Source: an uncultured Clostridia bacterium (GTDB lineage Bacteria; Bacillota; Clostridia; TANB77; CAG-508). From it: a DNA stretch of 64,000 bases. Each line of letters starts with the position of its first letter. Within the stretch, counting starts at the first letter, position 1. Shown here one piece after another: positions 1-9,828 of the stretch. The notes below the pieces were generated by a model. It saw nothing but the letters and a program-made list of their open reading frames with translations. It had not been told where the DNA came from and ran no database searches. The translations under genes and the position numbers were made by a program. The stretch is taken from positions 1,381-65,380 of the forward strand of contig CALXCJ010000003.1 in the NCBI GenBank assembly GCA_944386775.1, read 5' to 3'.

Positions 1-86
1 AATTTAATATTTATATAATAGAACTTTAGATGCTAGCTCATTTATAATGAGAAAGAATATCATTCAAAATGCAAAACAGTTATTAA

Positions 87-354
87 GATAAATATTTTTT
101 ATTAAGAATTTTAAAAAATAATGTATTATTAACTACAGGAAGTATTGAAATCAACAAAAAAACGAATATTTATGATTTTACAGGAAATATATGGAAATGG
201 ACTTTGGAATATTCAAATATAGTAGATAGCCCAACAATAAACAGAGGAGGTCAAATCAATTCATCAGGAAATAATAGACCTGCATCAGTTAGAGCTCCAT
301 ATACAAGTGTTGGTAATGGAGGTACTGGAGGTTTTCGTTTTGCAATGTATTAAT
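87..354 (+). pseudogene. C-terminal remnant of an FGE/SUMF1-like (formylglycine-generating-enzyme fold) domain protein. It has no start codon and an in-frame stop lies just upstream at 84-86.
   Basis: My own translation gives ...NIYDFTGNIWKWTLEYSN...INRGGQINSSGNNRPASVRAPY...GGFRFAMY*. This matches the GNVWEW...RGG...R...GFR tail of SUMF1 domains; an intact copy is at 57944-59428. It is absent from the ORF track because it has no Met. Confidence 0.35.
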
Positions 355-980
355 AATATTGAACTAAATAGTGTGGTGCGACTGAGAAAGGTTGTAAAGT
401 TTAATGGATTAAGCGTAGGCATGTAGGTAAAAATGATAAAATAAGAATGTATGAAAAATCAAAAAAATTAATTATATATAGAACTAAACGCATAAGGCAA
501 AAAACGAAACGGTAAGCAAGGGATTAAAAGAAGAAATTGAATTAGCAATAGCAAGTAAAAATATAGCAGATAAAGTAGATAAAAGTGGAATTTTAGAAAA
601 TGAATTAAAAAGTATTGATAATGTATTAGTTGAGAAAATAGAAGATGATGCGTATTCTGTAAAAAGAAATGATACAGAATATACAGTATATGAAGATGAA
701 ACTATAATAGGAGGAATAGTAAAAGTTTGGAATGGCACAGAAGAAGAACCAATAAAAGTATCAGATACAGAATATAGGAGGGATAGCTGGAAGGAATTAC
801 GCAACTATTACAAGATTTTATCAAAATTAAAATATGGTAATTTGCTTAAAAACAAAATCTTGCAGAAACATAATTTTATATAATTTCCCAGATATAATTT
901 CCCAGGTATAATTTAAAGGCTCTTGAAAATTTAAAATTTTATGATATAATCTAATAAATTAAAAATAAGGAGGAATCAAA

Positions 981-1532
981 ATGAAAGCATATGTATGTAA
1001 AATATGTGGATACATCCACTTTGGAGAAGAAGCTCCAGAAAAATGCCCACAATGTGGAGCAGGAAAAGAAGCATTTGTAGAAAGAAAAGAAGAAGTAGGT
1101 GCAAAACAATACGCAGATGAACACAGAATAGGAGTAGCACAAGGTTTAGACGAAGAAGTAGTAAAAGGATTAAGAGATAACTTCAATGGAGAATGCACAG
1201 AAGTTGGAATGTACCTAGCAATGAGCAGACAAGCAGACAGAGAAGGATACCCAGAAATTGCAGAAGCATTCAAAAGATATGCATTTGAAGAAGCAGAACA
1301 TGCAGCAAAATTTGCTGAATTACTTGGAGAAATTGTATATCCAGACACAAAGAAAAATGTAATGCTAAGAGCAGAAGCAGAATATGGAGCATGTGAAGGT
1401 AAAAAAGCAATAGCAACAAGAGCAAAAGAATTAGGATATGACGCAATTCACGACACAGTACACGAAATGTGCAAAGATGAAGCACGTCATGGAAAAGGAT
1501 TTGAAGGATTATTAAAGAGATATTTTAATTAG
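981..1532 (+). CDS. rbr: Reverse rubrerythrin: N-terminal rubredoxin-like CxxC...CxxC finger followed by a ferritin-like di-iron domain
   Basis: 183 aa. Contains VCKICGY...CPQCG, then ExxH motifs ([18 protein letters not shown]). Strong RBS aaggagg lies 7 nt upstream. Confidence 0.85.
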   Translation: MKAYVCKICGYIHFGEEAPEKCPQCGAGKEAFVERKEEVGAKQYADEHRIGVAQGLDEEVVKGLRDNFNGECTEVGMYLAMSRQADREGYPEIAEAFKRYAFEEAEHAAKFAELLGEIVYPDTKKNVMLRAEAEYGACEGKKAIATRAKELGYDAIHDTVHEMCKDEARHGKGFEGLLKRYFN

Positions 1533-1659
1533 TTTGTATCCTAACAATTTCTTTATTTCATAGATTTCATAAAGAATCAAAAAAGAAAATATATATTAAA
1601 TGACGAAAAAGAAATATATTAAAAGATATTTATTTATAATTAAAGATATTTTAGCAAAT

Positions 1660-1697
1660 AAAATCGATGTAGCATAAAACTATATCGATTTTATTTT
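1660..1697. terminator. Bidirectional hairpin terminator between the convergent rbr and M23 peptidase genes
   Basis: The stem aaaatcgat (1660-1668) pairs with atcgatttt (1684-1692). A/T runs lie on both sides. Confidence 0.5.
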
Positions 1698-1702
1698 GCA
1701 TC

Positions 1703-2239
1703 CTAAAAATAATCCAAAGGATTAACATACTCATCATTAATCCTAAATCCCAAATGCAAATGTGGCCCAGTAGTAGCACCATTTGTAGGATTTCCTTGTT
1801 CATCCTTATAATTATTCCCAGAAACGCCATAAACATTTTTAGGGCCAACATGGCCAATCACTTGCCCTTGTTTAACTTCATCTCCTTTATTTACAATAAA
1901 ATTAGGATCAACATGGCAATATGTAACCTTAAAATCACCAAAAGATAAAGTAATTGTATACCCACCAGCACCCAAAAAATTTCTAAAAGTAATGGTTCCA
2001 TCTGCAATAGCAATAAGTTTGGTACCTTGTGGTGCAGGAATATCAGTCCCATAATGAAAACTAGAAGCACCAGCAGTTGGGGAAGCTCTTTTTCCAAAAG
2101 GAGAACTAATTCTAGTATACCCAGGAATAGGCCAAACAAAACCATTAGGATTTATAGAAATAATTTCACTATGATTCAAATTAAAATCATTAGTATTTCC
2201 ATAAGCAGGAATAAAAAAGACAGAAATAAAAAGAATCAA
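1703..2239 (-). CDS. M23/LytM family metallopeptidase, secreted. The signal peptide may start further upstream, near 2281, at a non-ATG codon.
   Basis: 178 aa with YGTDIPAPQGTKLIAIADGTI and GPHLHLGFRI motifs (HxxxD / HxH of M23). The frame stays open upstream as ILKIFYTLFVSLLF after the RBS agaggtga. Confidence 0.8.
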   Translation of the reverse strand: MILFISVFFIPAYGNTNDFNLNHSEIISINPNGFVWPIPGYTRISSPFGKRASPTAGASSFHYGTDIPAPQGTKLIAIADGTITFRNFLGAGGYTITLSFGDFKVTYCHVDPNFIVNKGDEVKQGQVIGHVGPKNVYGVSGNNYKDEQGNPTNGATTGPHLHLGFRINDEYVNPLDYF

Positions 2240-2430
2240 AAAAAGTAAAGAAACAAAAAGAGTATAAAAAATTTTCAGAATAGAATCACCTCTTTTAAGA
2301 AATAAATTATGTTAATAATATATCATGCAATATATAAAAATGCAATATAAAAAATGAAAAAAGGGCTTGTTTTTTTTGCATTTTATAGATATAATAAACC
2401 CATAATAAAAATATTAGGAAGGAGCAAAAA

Positions 2431-3435
2431 ATGGCATTCATAGAGGAAATTAAAAAAAGAGCAAAACAGCAAATTAAAACTATAGTTCTTCCAGAAGCAG
2501 AAGATATCAGAACTTTAGAAGCAACAGCAAAAGTGCTTAAAGAAGGATATGCAAATATAGTTTTAATAGGAAATATTGAAAATATAAAGAAAAAAGCAGA
2601 AGAAAACAATTTGGATATAACTAAAGCTACAATAATTGATCCACAAAGTGATGAAAATTATGAAAAATATGTCAATCTATTATATGAACTTAGAAAACAT
2701 AAAGGAATGACTATAGAAAAGGCAAGAGAGTTAGTTTTAGATCCAGTATATTATGGTGTATTAATGGTAAAAGACGAAGAAACTAAAGCAGATGGTTTAG
2801 TTTCAGGAGCAATTCACTCAACATCAGATACTTTAAGACCAGCATTACAAATACTAAAAACCGCACCAGATACAAAGTTAGTTTCTGCTTTTTTTGTTAT
2901 GGTAGTACCTGATTGTAAATATGGAGAAAATGGAACATTTATATTTGCAGATAGTGGCTTAAACGAAAATCCAAATCCAGAAGAACTTTCAGAAATTGCA
3001 TTATATTCAGCAAAAAGCTTTAGAAGTTTAACAGGAAAAGAGCCAAAGGTTGCTATGCTTTCATATTCAACATATGGAAGTGCACATTCAGAACTTACTG
3101 AAAAAATGATAGAGGCTACAAAAATATTAAAAGAAAAAGATAAAAATCTATTAGCAGATGGAGAATTGCAATTAGATGCAGCAATAGTACCAGAAGTTGC
3201 AAAATTTAAGGCACCAAATAGTCCACTAAAAGGAGAGGCAAATGTACTAATATTCCCTAACTTAGATGCCGGAAATATTGGATACAAACTAGTGCAAAGG
3301 TTAGCAAAAGCAGAAGCATATGGACCATTATGCCAAGGAATAGCAAAACCTGTAAATGACCTATCAAGAGGCTGCTCAAGTGATGATATAGCAGGAGTTG
3401 TAGCAATAACAGCAGTGCAAGCTCAATCGTTATAA
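2431..3435 (+). CDS. pta: Phosphate acetyltransferase
   Basis: 334 aa, PTA_PTB family throughout (IVLPEAED..., SGAIHSTSDTLRPALQI, LIFPNLDAGNIGYKL). RBS aggaaggag. Confidence 0.9.
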   Translation: MAFIEEIKKRAKQQIKTIVLPEAEDIRTLEATAKVLKEGYANIVLIGNIENIKKKAEENNLDITKATIIDPQSDENYEKYVNLLYELRKHKGMTIEKARELVLDPVYYGVLMVKDEETKADGLVSGAIHSTSDTLRPALQILKTAPDTKLVSAFFVMVVPDCKYGENGTFIFADSGLNENPNPEELSEIALYSAKSFRSLTGKEPKVAMLSYSTYGSAHSELTEKMIEATKILKEKDKNLLADGELQLDAAIVPEVAKFKAPNSPLKGEANVLIFPNLDAGNIGYKLVQRLAKAEAYGPLCQGIAKPVNDLSRGCSSDDIAGVVAITAVQAQSL

Positions 3436-3509
3436 GGTTTATAGGTAAAGCCAAAAAAAGCTAAAAAGCCAAATAAAAAAACCTAAATAAAATCAAGGAA
3501 ATAAAATAT

Positions 3510-4706
3510 ATGAAAATTTTAGTAATAAATTCAGGAAGTTCTTCACTAAAATATCAAGTAATTGATATAGAAACAGAAGAAATGCTAGCAAAAGGAAACT
3601 TTGAAAGAATAGGGCAAGAAAACTCATTTTTAACACACAAAGTAAATGGTGAAAAACACAAATTTGAACACTATGCAAAATCACACAAACAAGCAATAGA
3701 ATTTATACTATCAAGACTTACAAATCCACACTATGGTGTACTAAAAGACCTATCAGAACTAGCAGGAATAGGCCATAGAGTAGTCCATGGAGGAGAAAAA
3801 TTTTCAGAACCTGTCATAATTACAGATGAAGTAATAAAAGGAATAGAAGAATGTCAAGACCTAGCACCACTACATAACCCAGCAGCACTTTTAGGAATAA
3901 AAGCATGCAAAAAAATAGTACCACAAATGAAAATGGTAGCAGTATTTGACACAGCATTTCACCAAACACTAAAAAAAGAAAGATATATCTACCCAATCCC
4001 ATATGAATATTACCAAAAATATGGAATAAGAAAATACGGTTTCCACGGCACATCACATGAGTATGTAGCAAACAGAGTAGCCAAACTTATGAACCAAGAC
4101 ATAAAGAATTTAAAAATAATAAACTGCCACCTAGGTCAAGGTGCAAGTATATGTGCAATAAAAAATGGAGAATCCCAAGAAACAAGCATGGGACTAACAC
4201 CACTTGGAGGAATATCAATGGGAACAAGAAGTGGAGACTTAGACCCATCTATAGTTACATACATAATGAAAAAAGAAAACTTAACACCAGAAGAAATGGA
4301 AACCATTTTAAACAAAAAATCAGGGGTATATGGAATATCAGGAGTCTCAGTAGACTTTAGAGACATAGAGCAAGACGCCCAAAGTGGAGGACACCACGCA
4401 AAACTTGCCCTAGACAACTTCCACTACCTAGCAGCAAGCTATATTACAAAATGTATGGTAGCCCTAAACGGAGTAGATGTACTAACATTTACAGCAGGAG
4501 TAGGAGAAAAAGGTCAAGACTCAAGAGAAGCAATATGTGGTTACTTAGAAGTATTTGGAGTAAAAATAGACAAAGAATATAACCAAAAAATAAAAGGTCA
4601 AGAAGCTGAAATATCAGCCCCAGACTCAAAGGTAAGAGTATTTGTAATACCAACAAACGAAGAATTAATGATAGCAAAGCAAACAGCAAAGTTAATCGGG
4701 ATTTAG
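3510..4706 (+). CDS. ackA: Acetate kinase, copy 1
   Basis: 398 aa with MKILVINSGSSSLKYQ, HRVVHGG, FHGTSH, TRSGDLDP and IPTNEELMIA motifs. The last codons and the stop lie inside repeat element copy 1. Confidence 0.9.
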   Translation: MKILVINSGSSSLKYQVIDIETEEMLAKGNFERIGQENSFLTHKVNGEKHKFEHYAKSHKQAIEFILSRLTNPHYGVLKDLSELAGIGHRVVHGGEKFSEPVIITDEVIKGIEECQDLAPLHNPAALLGIKACKKIVPQMKMVAVFDTAFHQTLKKERYIYPIPYEYYQKYGIRKYGFHGTSHEYVANRVAKLMNQDIKNLKIINCHLGQGASICAIKNGESQETSMGLTPLGGISMGTRSGDLDPSIVTYIMKKENLTPEEMETILNKKSGVYGISGVSVDFRDIEQDAQSGGHHAKLALDNFHYLAASYITKCMVALNGVDVLTFTAGVGEKGQDSREAICGYLEVFGVKIDKEYNQKIKGQEAEISAPDSKVRVFVIPTNEELMIAKQTAKLIGI

Positions 4707-4752
4707 GGACGGTCCTTAAAATCCCGGCTAGCCGGGATTTTTGGGACGGACG
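4697..4752 (+). repeat. GC-rich palindromic intergenic element, copy 1. Acts as an intrinsic terminator for ackA copy 1.
   Basis: Sequence cgggatttagggacggtccttaaaatcccggctagccgggatttttgggacggacg. The core AAAATCCCGGCTAGCCGGGATTTT is a perfect palindrome followed by Ts. The same element occurs at 13316-13371 and, inverted, at 48479-48534. Confidence 0.75.
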
Positions 4753-4813
4753 TTAAAAAAATAGTTTATAAATTTGAATAATCAGAAAAATATAAGGAGG
4801 AAAGAAGGAAAAA

Positions 4814-6019
4814 ATGAAAATATTAGTTTTAAATTGTGGTAGTTCATCACTTAAATATCAATTAATAAATATGGAAACAGAAGAAGTAATGGCATCTGGA
4901 AAATATGAAAGAATAGGAGAAAAAGAAGCTTTTATAACACATAAAGTAAATGGACAAAAAATCCAAATACAAAATCCAGCATATAATCATACAGAAGCAA
5001 TAGAATTTACTTTAAAACAACTAACAAACCCAGAATACAAAGTAATAGATAGTCTAGATGAAATATCTGCAGTAGGTCACAGATTAGTTCACGGAGGAGA
5101 AAAAATATCAGAATCTGTAATAATAGATGATAATATAATAAATATACTAAAAGAATACTCAGATTTAGCACCATTACACAATCCAGCATGTATCCTTGGA
5201 ATAGAAGCTTGCAAAGCAGTAATGAAAGACAAACCAATGGTAGGAGTATGTGATACAGCATTTCATGCAAGTATTCCGAAAGATAAATACATATATCCTG
5301 TTTCCTATGAATACTACAAAAAATATGGAATAAGAAAATATGGATTCCACGGAACATCACATATGTATGTATCACAAAGACTTGCAGAAATAGAAAGTAT
5401 GGAAAGCTTAGAAGGAACAAAAATTGTTACTTGCCACTTAGGTCAAGGTTCAAGTATTTGTGCTATAGAAAATGGAAAATCTGTAGACACAAGTATGGGA
5501 TTAACACCACTTGGAGGAATTCCAATGGTAACAAGAAGTGGAGATTTAGACCCATCTGTTGTTACATATATAATGAAAAAAGAAAACTTATCACCAGAAG
5601 AAATGGAAGATATATTAAACAAAAAATCAGGACTTACAGGAATTTCAGGATTAGCACCAGATTTTAGAGTAATAGAGGATGAATCAAAAACAGATAATGA
5701 ACTTGCAAAAATTGCAATAGAAGAATTTAATTATTCTATAGCAAGTTATGTTGCAAGATATGCTGCTTGTATGAATGGTATAGATTACCTAATATTTACA
5801 GGTGGAGTTGGAGAAAACCAAATTAATATAAGAAAAGGAATTTGCAAAAAGCTTGAATTTATGGGTGTTAAAATAGACGAAGAAGCAAACAATGTTCGAA
5901 GTGAAGAAAGATTAATATCTACTACAGATTCAAAAATAAAAGTTTATATAATACCAACAAATGAAGAATTAATGATAGCAAAGGAAACAAAAAGACTTAT
6001 TGAAACAAGTGAAAAATAA
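4814..6019 (+). CDS. ackA: Acetate kinase family protein, tandem paralogue (copy 2)
   Basis: 401 aa, colinear with copy 1 (about 60% identical by eye) and with the same catalytic motifs. It has its own RBS aaggagg. Confidence 0.85.
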   Translation: MKILVLNCGSSSLKYQLINMETEEVMASGKYERIGEKEAFITHKVNGQKIQIQNPAYNHTEAIEFTLKQLTNPEYKVIDSLDEISAVGHRLVHGGEKISESVIIDDNIINILKEYSDLAPLHNPACILGIEACKAVMKDKPMVGVCDTAFHASIPKDKYIYPVSYEYYKKYGIRKYGFHGTSHMYVSQRLAEIESMESLEGTKIVTCHLGQGSSICAIENGKSVDTSMGLTPLGGIPMVTRSGDLDPSVVTYIMKKENLSPEEMEDILNKKSGLTGISGLAPDFRVIEDESKTDNELAKIAIEEFNYSIASYVARYAACMNGIDYLIFTGGVGENQINIRKGICKKLEFMGVKIDEEANNVRSEERLISTTDSKIKVYIIPTNEELMIAKETKRLIETSEK

Positions 6020-6097
6020 AATAAATGTTTACTTGTTAAAACAAAAAATCTATGTTATTACACTAAAAAAAATGAAATACAAAACAAGATTTACGGG

Positions 6098-6127
6098 TTG
6101 CAGACATAGTTTCACATATGTTATAAT
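6098..6127 (+). promoter_or_regulatory. Sigma-A type promoter for the MNT-HEPN pair
   Basis: TTGCAG (6098-6103), an 18 nt spacer, then TATAAT (6122-6127), about 35 nt before the ATG at 6163. Confidence 0.4.
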
Positions 6128-6162
6128 ATGAAAAATTAAAAAATAATAAATGAGGTGTTAAT

Positions 6163-6507
6163 ATGCCAAAAGTTCCTAGGAATATAGAGCAAGCAATAAA
6201 AGAACTTATAAAAGAGGTAAAAAAAGTTTTAAAAAATAGAATAATAAAAATAGTACTTTATGGTTCATATGCAAGAGGCGATTATAGAGAAAATTCTGAT
6301 TTAGATATAATGATATTAACAGACCTATCAGAAGAAAAAATAGTAGATATAAAAACAAAAATCTGGGATTTAGCATATGATATAGGTTTGGAACATGATA
6401 TTACAATTTCAGTACTATTAAAAAATATTAATGATTATAATTATTGGATGGATACATTACCTTTTTATATGAATGTTGAAAAGGAAGGAGTAATATTAAA
6501 TGGATAA
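6163..6507 (+). CDS. mntA: Minimal nucleotidyltransferase (MNT), antitoxin of a HEPN-MNT (type VII) toxin-antitoxin pair
   Basis: 114 aa with the GSYARGDYRENSDLDIMIL motif (GSxxRG...SDxD). Overlaps the next ORF by 8 nt. Confidence 0.85.
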   Translation: MPKVPRNIEQAIKELIKEVKKVLKNRIIKIVLYGSYARGDYRENSDLDIMILTDLSEEKIVDIKTKIWDLAYDIGLEHDITISVLLKNINDYNYWMDTLPFYMNVEKEGVILNG

Positions 6508-6901
6508 AAAAGCCATAGAGCTTGCAAATTATAGGCTAGAAAGAGCAAAACAAGATTTAAAAGATACAGAGTTATTGTACAAAAATAATAGTTTGCTTGC
6601 AGCAAACAATAGAGCATATTATTCAATATTTCATGCAATACAAGCTGTGCTTGCTTTAGAAAGGATTGATTTTAAAAGACATAAAGATGTTATAGCATAT
6701 TTTAATAAAAATTATATAAATAAAGAAATTTTTCCTAAAATGTTAGGAAGAAAAATAGGTCAAGCATTCCAAATAAGGGAAGATAGTGATTATGACTATA
6801 AATTTATACCACAAATTGAGCAAACTCAAAATCAATTACAAACTGCAAAAGAATTAATTGAATTAGTGGAAAAATATATAAATGACAAAAATGTAGATTA
6901 G
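6500..6901 (+). CDS. hepT: HEPN domain protein, toxin partner of the MNT
   Basis: 133 aa with the HEPN (PF05168-like) signature NNRAYYSIFHAIQAVLALERIDFKRHKDV. Translationally coupled to the MNT gene. Confidence 0.8.
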   Translation: MDKKAIELANYRLERAKQDLKDTELLYKNNSLLAANNRAYYSIFHAIQAVLALERIDFKRHKDVIAYFNKNYINKEIFPKMLGRKIGQAFQIREDSDYDYKFIPQIEQTQNQLQTAKELIELVEKYINDKNVD

Positions 6902-7026
6902 AATAAAAAACTAAGGAATAAATCAAATATAAAAAAATAAAGCAAACCCAATATAAAAATTAAAAAGTATAAGTCAAATATAAAAATTGTAAATTATAAG
7001 TCAAATATAAAAGGAGGAACAAAAAA

Positions 7027-8532
7027 ATGGCAAAAATATTAGAAGACATATCAAGAACATTTAATGAGTTTTTATTACTACCAAACTTAACAGACGAAAG
7101 ATGCATACCAAGTAATGTATCATTAAAAACACCACTTGTAAAATTCAAAAAAGGAGAAGAACCAAAATACTCAGCAAATATACCAATGGTATCTGCAATA
7201 ATGCAATCAGTATCAGGAGAAGAAATGGGAATAGCTTTAGCCCGCGAAGGAGGAGTAGCATTTATATATGGTTCACAATCAATAGAATCACAAGCTATGA
7301 TGGTAAGACATGTAAAAAAACACAAAGCAGGATTTATAATAAGTGATTCAAACGTAAAATCAGGAACAAAATTAAAAGATGTACTAGCACTAATTGAAGA
7401 AACAGGACATTCAACAGTAATGATAACAGAAGATGGAACTCCAAGTGGAAAATTTTTAGGCTTAGTTACAGATAAAGACTATAGATTATCAAGAGACGAT
7501 ATGGAAGCACCAATTGATGACTTCATGACATCAAAAGAAAAAGCAGTATGGGCATATGAAGGAATTAACTTATCAGAGGCAAATGATATAATCTGGGAAA
7601 ACAAAATAGCATGTCTTCCAATACTAACAAAAGAAGGAAATTTAAAATATTTAGTATTTAGGAAAGACTACGAAGAAAGAAAAAACAACCCAAACTCATT
7701 ATTAGACGAAAATAAAAGATATATTGTAGGAGCCGGAATAAACACAAGAGATTATGAAGAAAGAATACCAGCTTTAGTAGAAGCAGGAGTTGACCTAATA
7801 TGTATGGACTCATCTGACGGATACTCAATCTGGCAAAAAAATACTATAGACTTTGTAAGAGCAAAATATGGAGATACTGTAAAAATAGGTGCAGGAAATG
7901 TAGTAGACAGAGAAGGATTTATGTATCTTGCAAAAGCAGGAGCTGACTTCATAAAAGTTGGAGTAGGAGGAGGCTCAATCTGCATAACAAGAGAAACAAA
8001 AGGAATTGGACGTGGACAAGCATCAAGCTTAATCGATGTAGTTTCAGCACGTGATGAATACTACAAAGAAACAGGAATATATATTCCAATATGTTCAGAT
8101 GGAGGAATAGTACACGACCACCACATAACAATAGCACTAGCACTAGGAGCTGATTTTGTAATGATGGGAAGATATTTTGCAAGATTTGATGAAAGCCCAA
8201 CAAGAGTAGTAAAAAGAGGAAATGGCTATGTAAAAGAATACTGGGGAGAAGGATCAAACAGAGCAAGAAATTGGCAAAGATATGATTTAGGCGGAGATAA
8301 AAAACTATCATTTGAAGAAGGAGTAGACTCATATATCCCATATGCAGGAAAACTAAAAGACAATTTAGCAATAACATGTGCAAAAATAAAATCAACAATG
8401 TGTAACTGTGGAAGCATAACAATAAAAGAACTACACGAAAAAGCAAGACTAACACTAGTATCAGAAGTAAGTATTCAAGAAGGAAGTGCACATGATGTAA
8501 TACTAAAGGAAATAGACAATCAATATAAATAA
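7027..8532 (+). CDS. guaB: IMP dehydrogenase family protein with a CBS-pair insertion
   Basis: 501 aa. Has a TIM-barrel N-terminus (FNEFLLLPN), the catalytic loop [13 protein letters not shown] and SDGGI. The N-terminal region diverges from canonical GuaB, so its exact activity is unverified. Confidence 0.7.
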   Translation: MAKILEDISRTFNEFLLLPNLTDERCIPSNVSLKTPLVKFKKGEEPKYSANIPMVSAIMQSVSGEEMGIALAREGGVAFIYGSQSIESQAMMVRHVKKHKAGFIISDSNVKSGTKLKDVLALIEETGHSTVMITEDGTPSGKFLGLVTDKDYRLSRDDMEAPIDDFMTSKEKAVWAYEGINLSEANDIIWENKIACLPILTKEGNLKYLVFRKDYEERKNNPNSLLDENKRYIVGAGINTRDYEERIPALVEAGVDLICMDSSDGYSIWQKNTIDFVRAKYGDTVKIGAGNVVDREGFMYLAKAGADFIKVGVGGGSICITRETKGIGRGQASSLIDVVSARDEYYKETGIYIPICSDGGIVHDHHITIALALGADFVMMGRYFARFDESPTRVVKRGNGYVKEYWGEGSNRARNWQRYDLGGDKKLSFEEGVDSYIPYAGKLKDNLAITCAKIKSTMCNCGSITIKELHEKARLTLVSEVSIQEGSAHDVILKEIDNQYK

Positions 8533-8554
8533 TAATACAATAGTTTGTCAAAAG

Positions 8555-8757
8555 GTTGCCAAGCAAGACGGAGCTTTTTGGCAAAATTAATTTTAGCTGT
8601 CAAAATCTTAAAAATTGCTAAGGCTGCTGAGAGGTAAGGTACAGAGTTTTTGCACAAAATTAATTTTAGTTGTCAAAATGTTAAAAACTACTAAGGAGTG
8701 ATAGGAAAAATAAGGTACTTTGCAAATCTTGTTAAAATTGCCAAAAATCTCTGTACC
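8555..8757 (+). promoter_or_regulatory. Structured spacer/leader upstream of the glycan locus: a hairpin, two copies of a roughly 54-55-nt unit whose starts lie 70 nt apart, and a long-range inverted repeat
   Basis: The hairpin pairs ttgccaa with ttggcaa (8555-8584). Direct repeats gca(c)aaaattaattttag(c/t)tgtcaaaat(c/g)ttaaaaa lie at 8581-8634 and 8651-8705. ggtacagag (8638-8646) pairs with ctctgtacc (8749-8757). Confidence 0.4.
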
Positions 8758-8804
8758 TTTTGCCAACTTTTTGCCAAAGTTCGAAATTCAGAAAGGATTT
8801 AAAA

Positions 8805-9788
8805 ATGGAAGAAAAAATAGATATTATTCTTGCAACATATAAAACAAATATAGATTATCTAAAACAGCAAATAGAAAGTATTTTAAACCAAACACATAAA
8901 AATTTTAAGCTAATCATAAGTGATGATAATTCAGAAAATGAAGAACTAATAAATTTGCTTAAAACGTATGAAAAAAATGATAATAGAATTGAATTATATT
9001 TAAATACAGAGAACAAAGGATATATAAAAAATTTCGAATTTTTATTATCAAAAACAACTGCAAATTATATAATGTTTTCAGATCATGATGATTTTTGGTA
9101 TCCAAATAAACTTGAGAAAAGCTTAGAAAAAATTAAAGAAAAAAATGTTGATCTAGTATATGTAAATGCAAAACAAATTGATGGAAAAGGAAATGTATTA
9201 GAAAATAATTATTTTAAATATAAAAATGTTCCTTTAGTAAATATGCATAGTAAGCTTGCCCTTTCTAGATGTATTGGAATTGGTTGTTCTTTTATTTTTA
9301 CAAAAGATGTAAAAACTAAAATGCTACCATATACAAAAAATGTAATTGCACATGATTGGCTTGCAAGTTTTGTTGCAAATGAGGGAAGGGGACTTACATA
9401 TATAGAAGAACCTTTATTAAACTATAGACTTCACGAAACAAATGTATTTGGAGGAAGAAATTTAAATCAAAATTTAAAAAGATGGAAAGAAAAAGAAGGA
9501 AAATCATATAAAAGTTTTTTGAAATATAGAAAAGAAAATGTAATAGAAAAAGCATATTTGGATGGTGCTAAAATGTGTTTAGATTATACAAATATTGATG
9601 TTAATAGAAAATTTTTAAATGAATTAATTTTATATTATGAAAACTTAGAAAAATCAAAATACATTAATTTTCATATATTAAAATATTTTAAATTTTTAAG
9701 TGGAAAAAACTTAGCAAAAAAAATGCTAAAAGAAATAATGATATTTCATTTTCCAATATTAAGTTATATAGTCTTTTGCATTGGTTAA
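8805..9788 (+). CDS. Family 2 glycosyltransferase (rhamnosyl/glycosyl transferase of the wall-glycan locus)
   Basis: Begins MEEKIDIILATYKTN, then ISDDNSENEE and SDHDDFWYPNKLEKS (DxD/GT-A). I prefer the ATG at 8805, which has RBS aaagga, over the TTG at 8760 listed in the track. Confidence 0.8.
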   Translation: MEEKIDIILATYKTNIDYLKQQIESILNQTHKNFKLIISDDNSENEELINLLKTYEKNDNRIELYLNTENKGYIKNFEFLLSKTTANYIMFSDHDDFWYPNKLEKSLEKIKEKNVDLVYVNAKQIDGKGNVLENNYFKYKNVPLVNMHSKLALSRCIGIGCSFIFTKDVKTKMLPYTKNVIAHDWLASFVANEGRGLTYIEEPLLNYRLHETNVFGGRNLNQNLKRWKEKEGKSYKSFLKYRKENVIEKAYLDGAKMCLDYTNIDVNRKFLNELILYYENLEKSKYINFHILKYFKFLSGKNLAKKMLKEIMIFHFPILSYIVFCIG

Positions 9789-9828
9789 AAGCTTAAATAT
9801 ATAACAAAAATTTTTATAATAAATTATT

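Noticed and set aside
360-430. Relatively GC-rich non-coding stretch (gtgtggtgcgactgagaaaggttgtaaag...) considered as a small RNA or tRNA
   Set aside because: It has no cloverleaf, no convincing stem-loops and no flanking promoter or terminator that I could support.
484-804. 106-aa minus-strand ORF in the track
   Set aside because: It is low-complexity (S/F/L/I-rich) and lies antisense to a + strand frame that has genome-typical K/E/I composition. It is most likely a shadow ORF.
951-1485. Minus-strand ORFs 951-1142, 959-1348 and 1270-1485 overlapping rubrerythrin
   Set aside because: They are antisense shadows of a well-supported gene and have L/S/F-rich composition. None has its own RBS.
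7949-8584. 211-aa minus-strand ORF inside guaB
   Set aside because: It is a Leu-rich antisense artefact of purine-rich coding sequence. The same applies to similar L-rich antisense ORFs throughout the track, for example 3820-4071, 5007-5420, 15186-15809, 24500-24901, 31845-32366, 33869-34210 and 46220-46543.
8760-8804. Upstream alternative starts given in the ORF track (8760, 10797, 11806, 13508, 14455, 25829, 29220, 30629, 41347, 42895, 45220, 57319)
   Set aside because: In each case a downstream ATG has a properly spaced purine-rich RBS, agrees better with paralogues or family N-termini, or both. The upstream extension overlaps the RBS, a terminator or the preceding gene.
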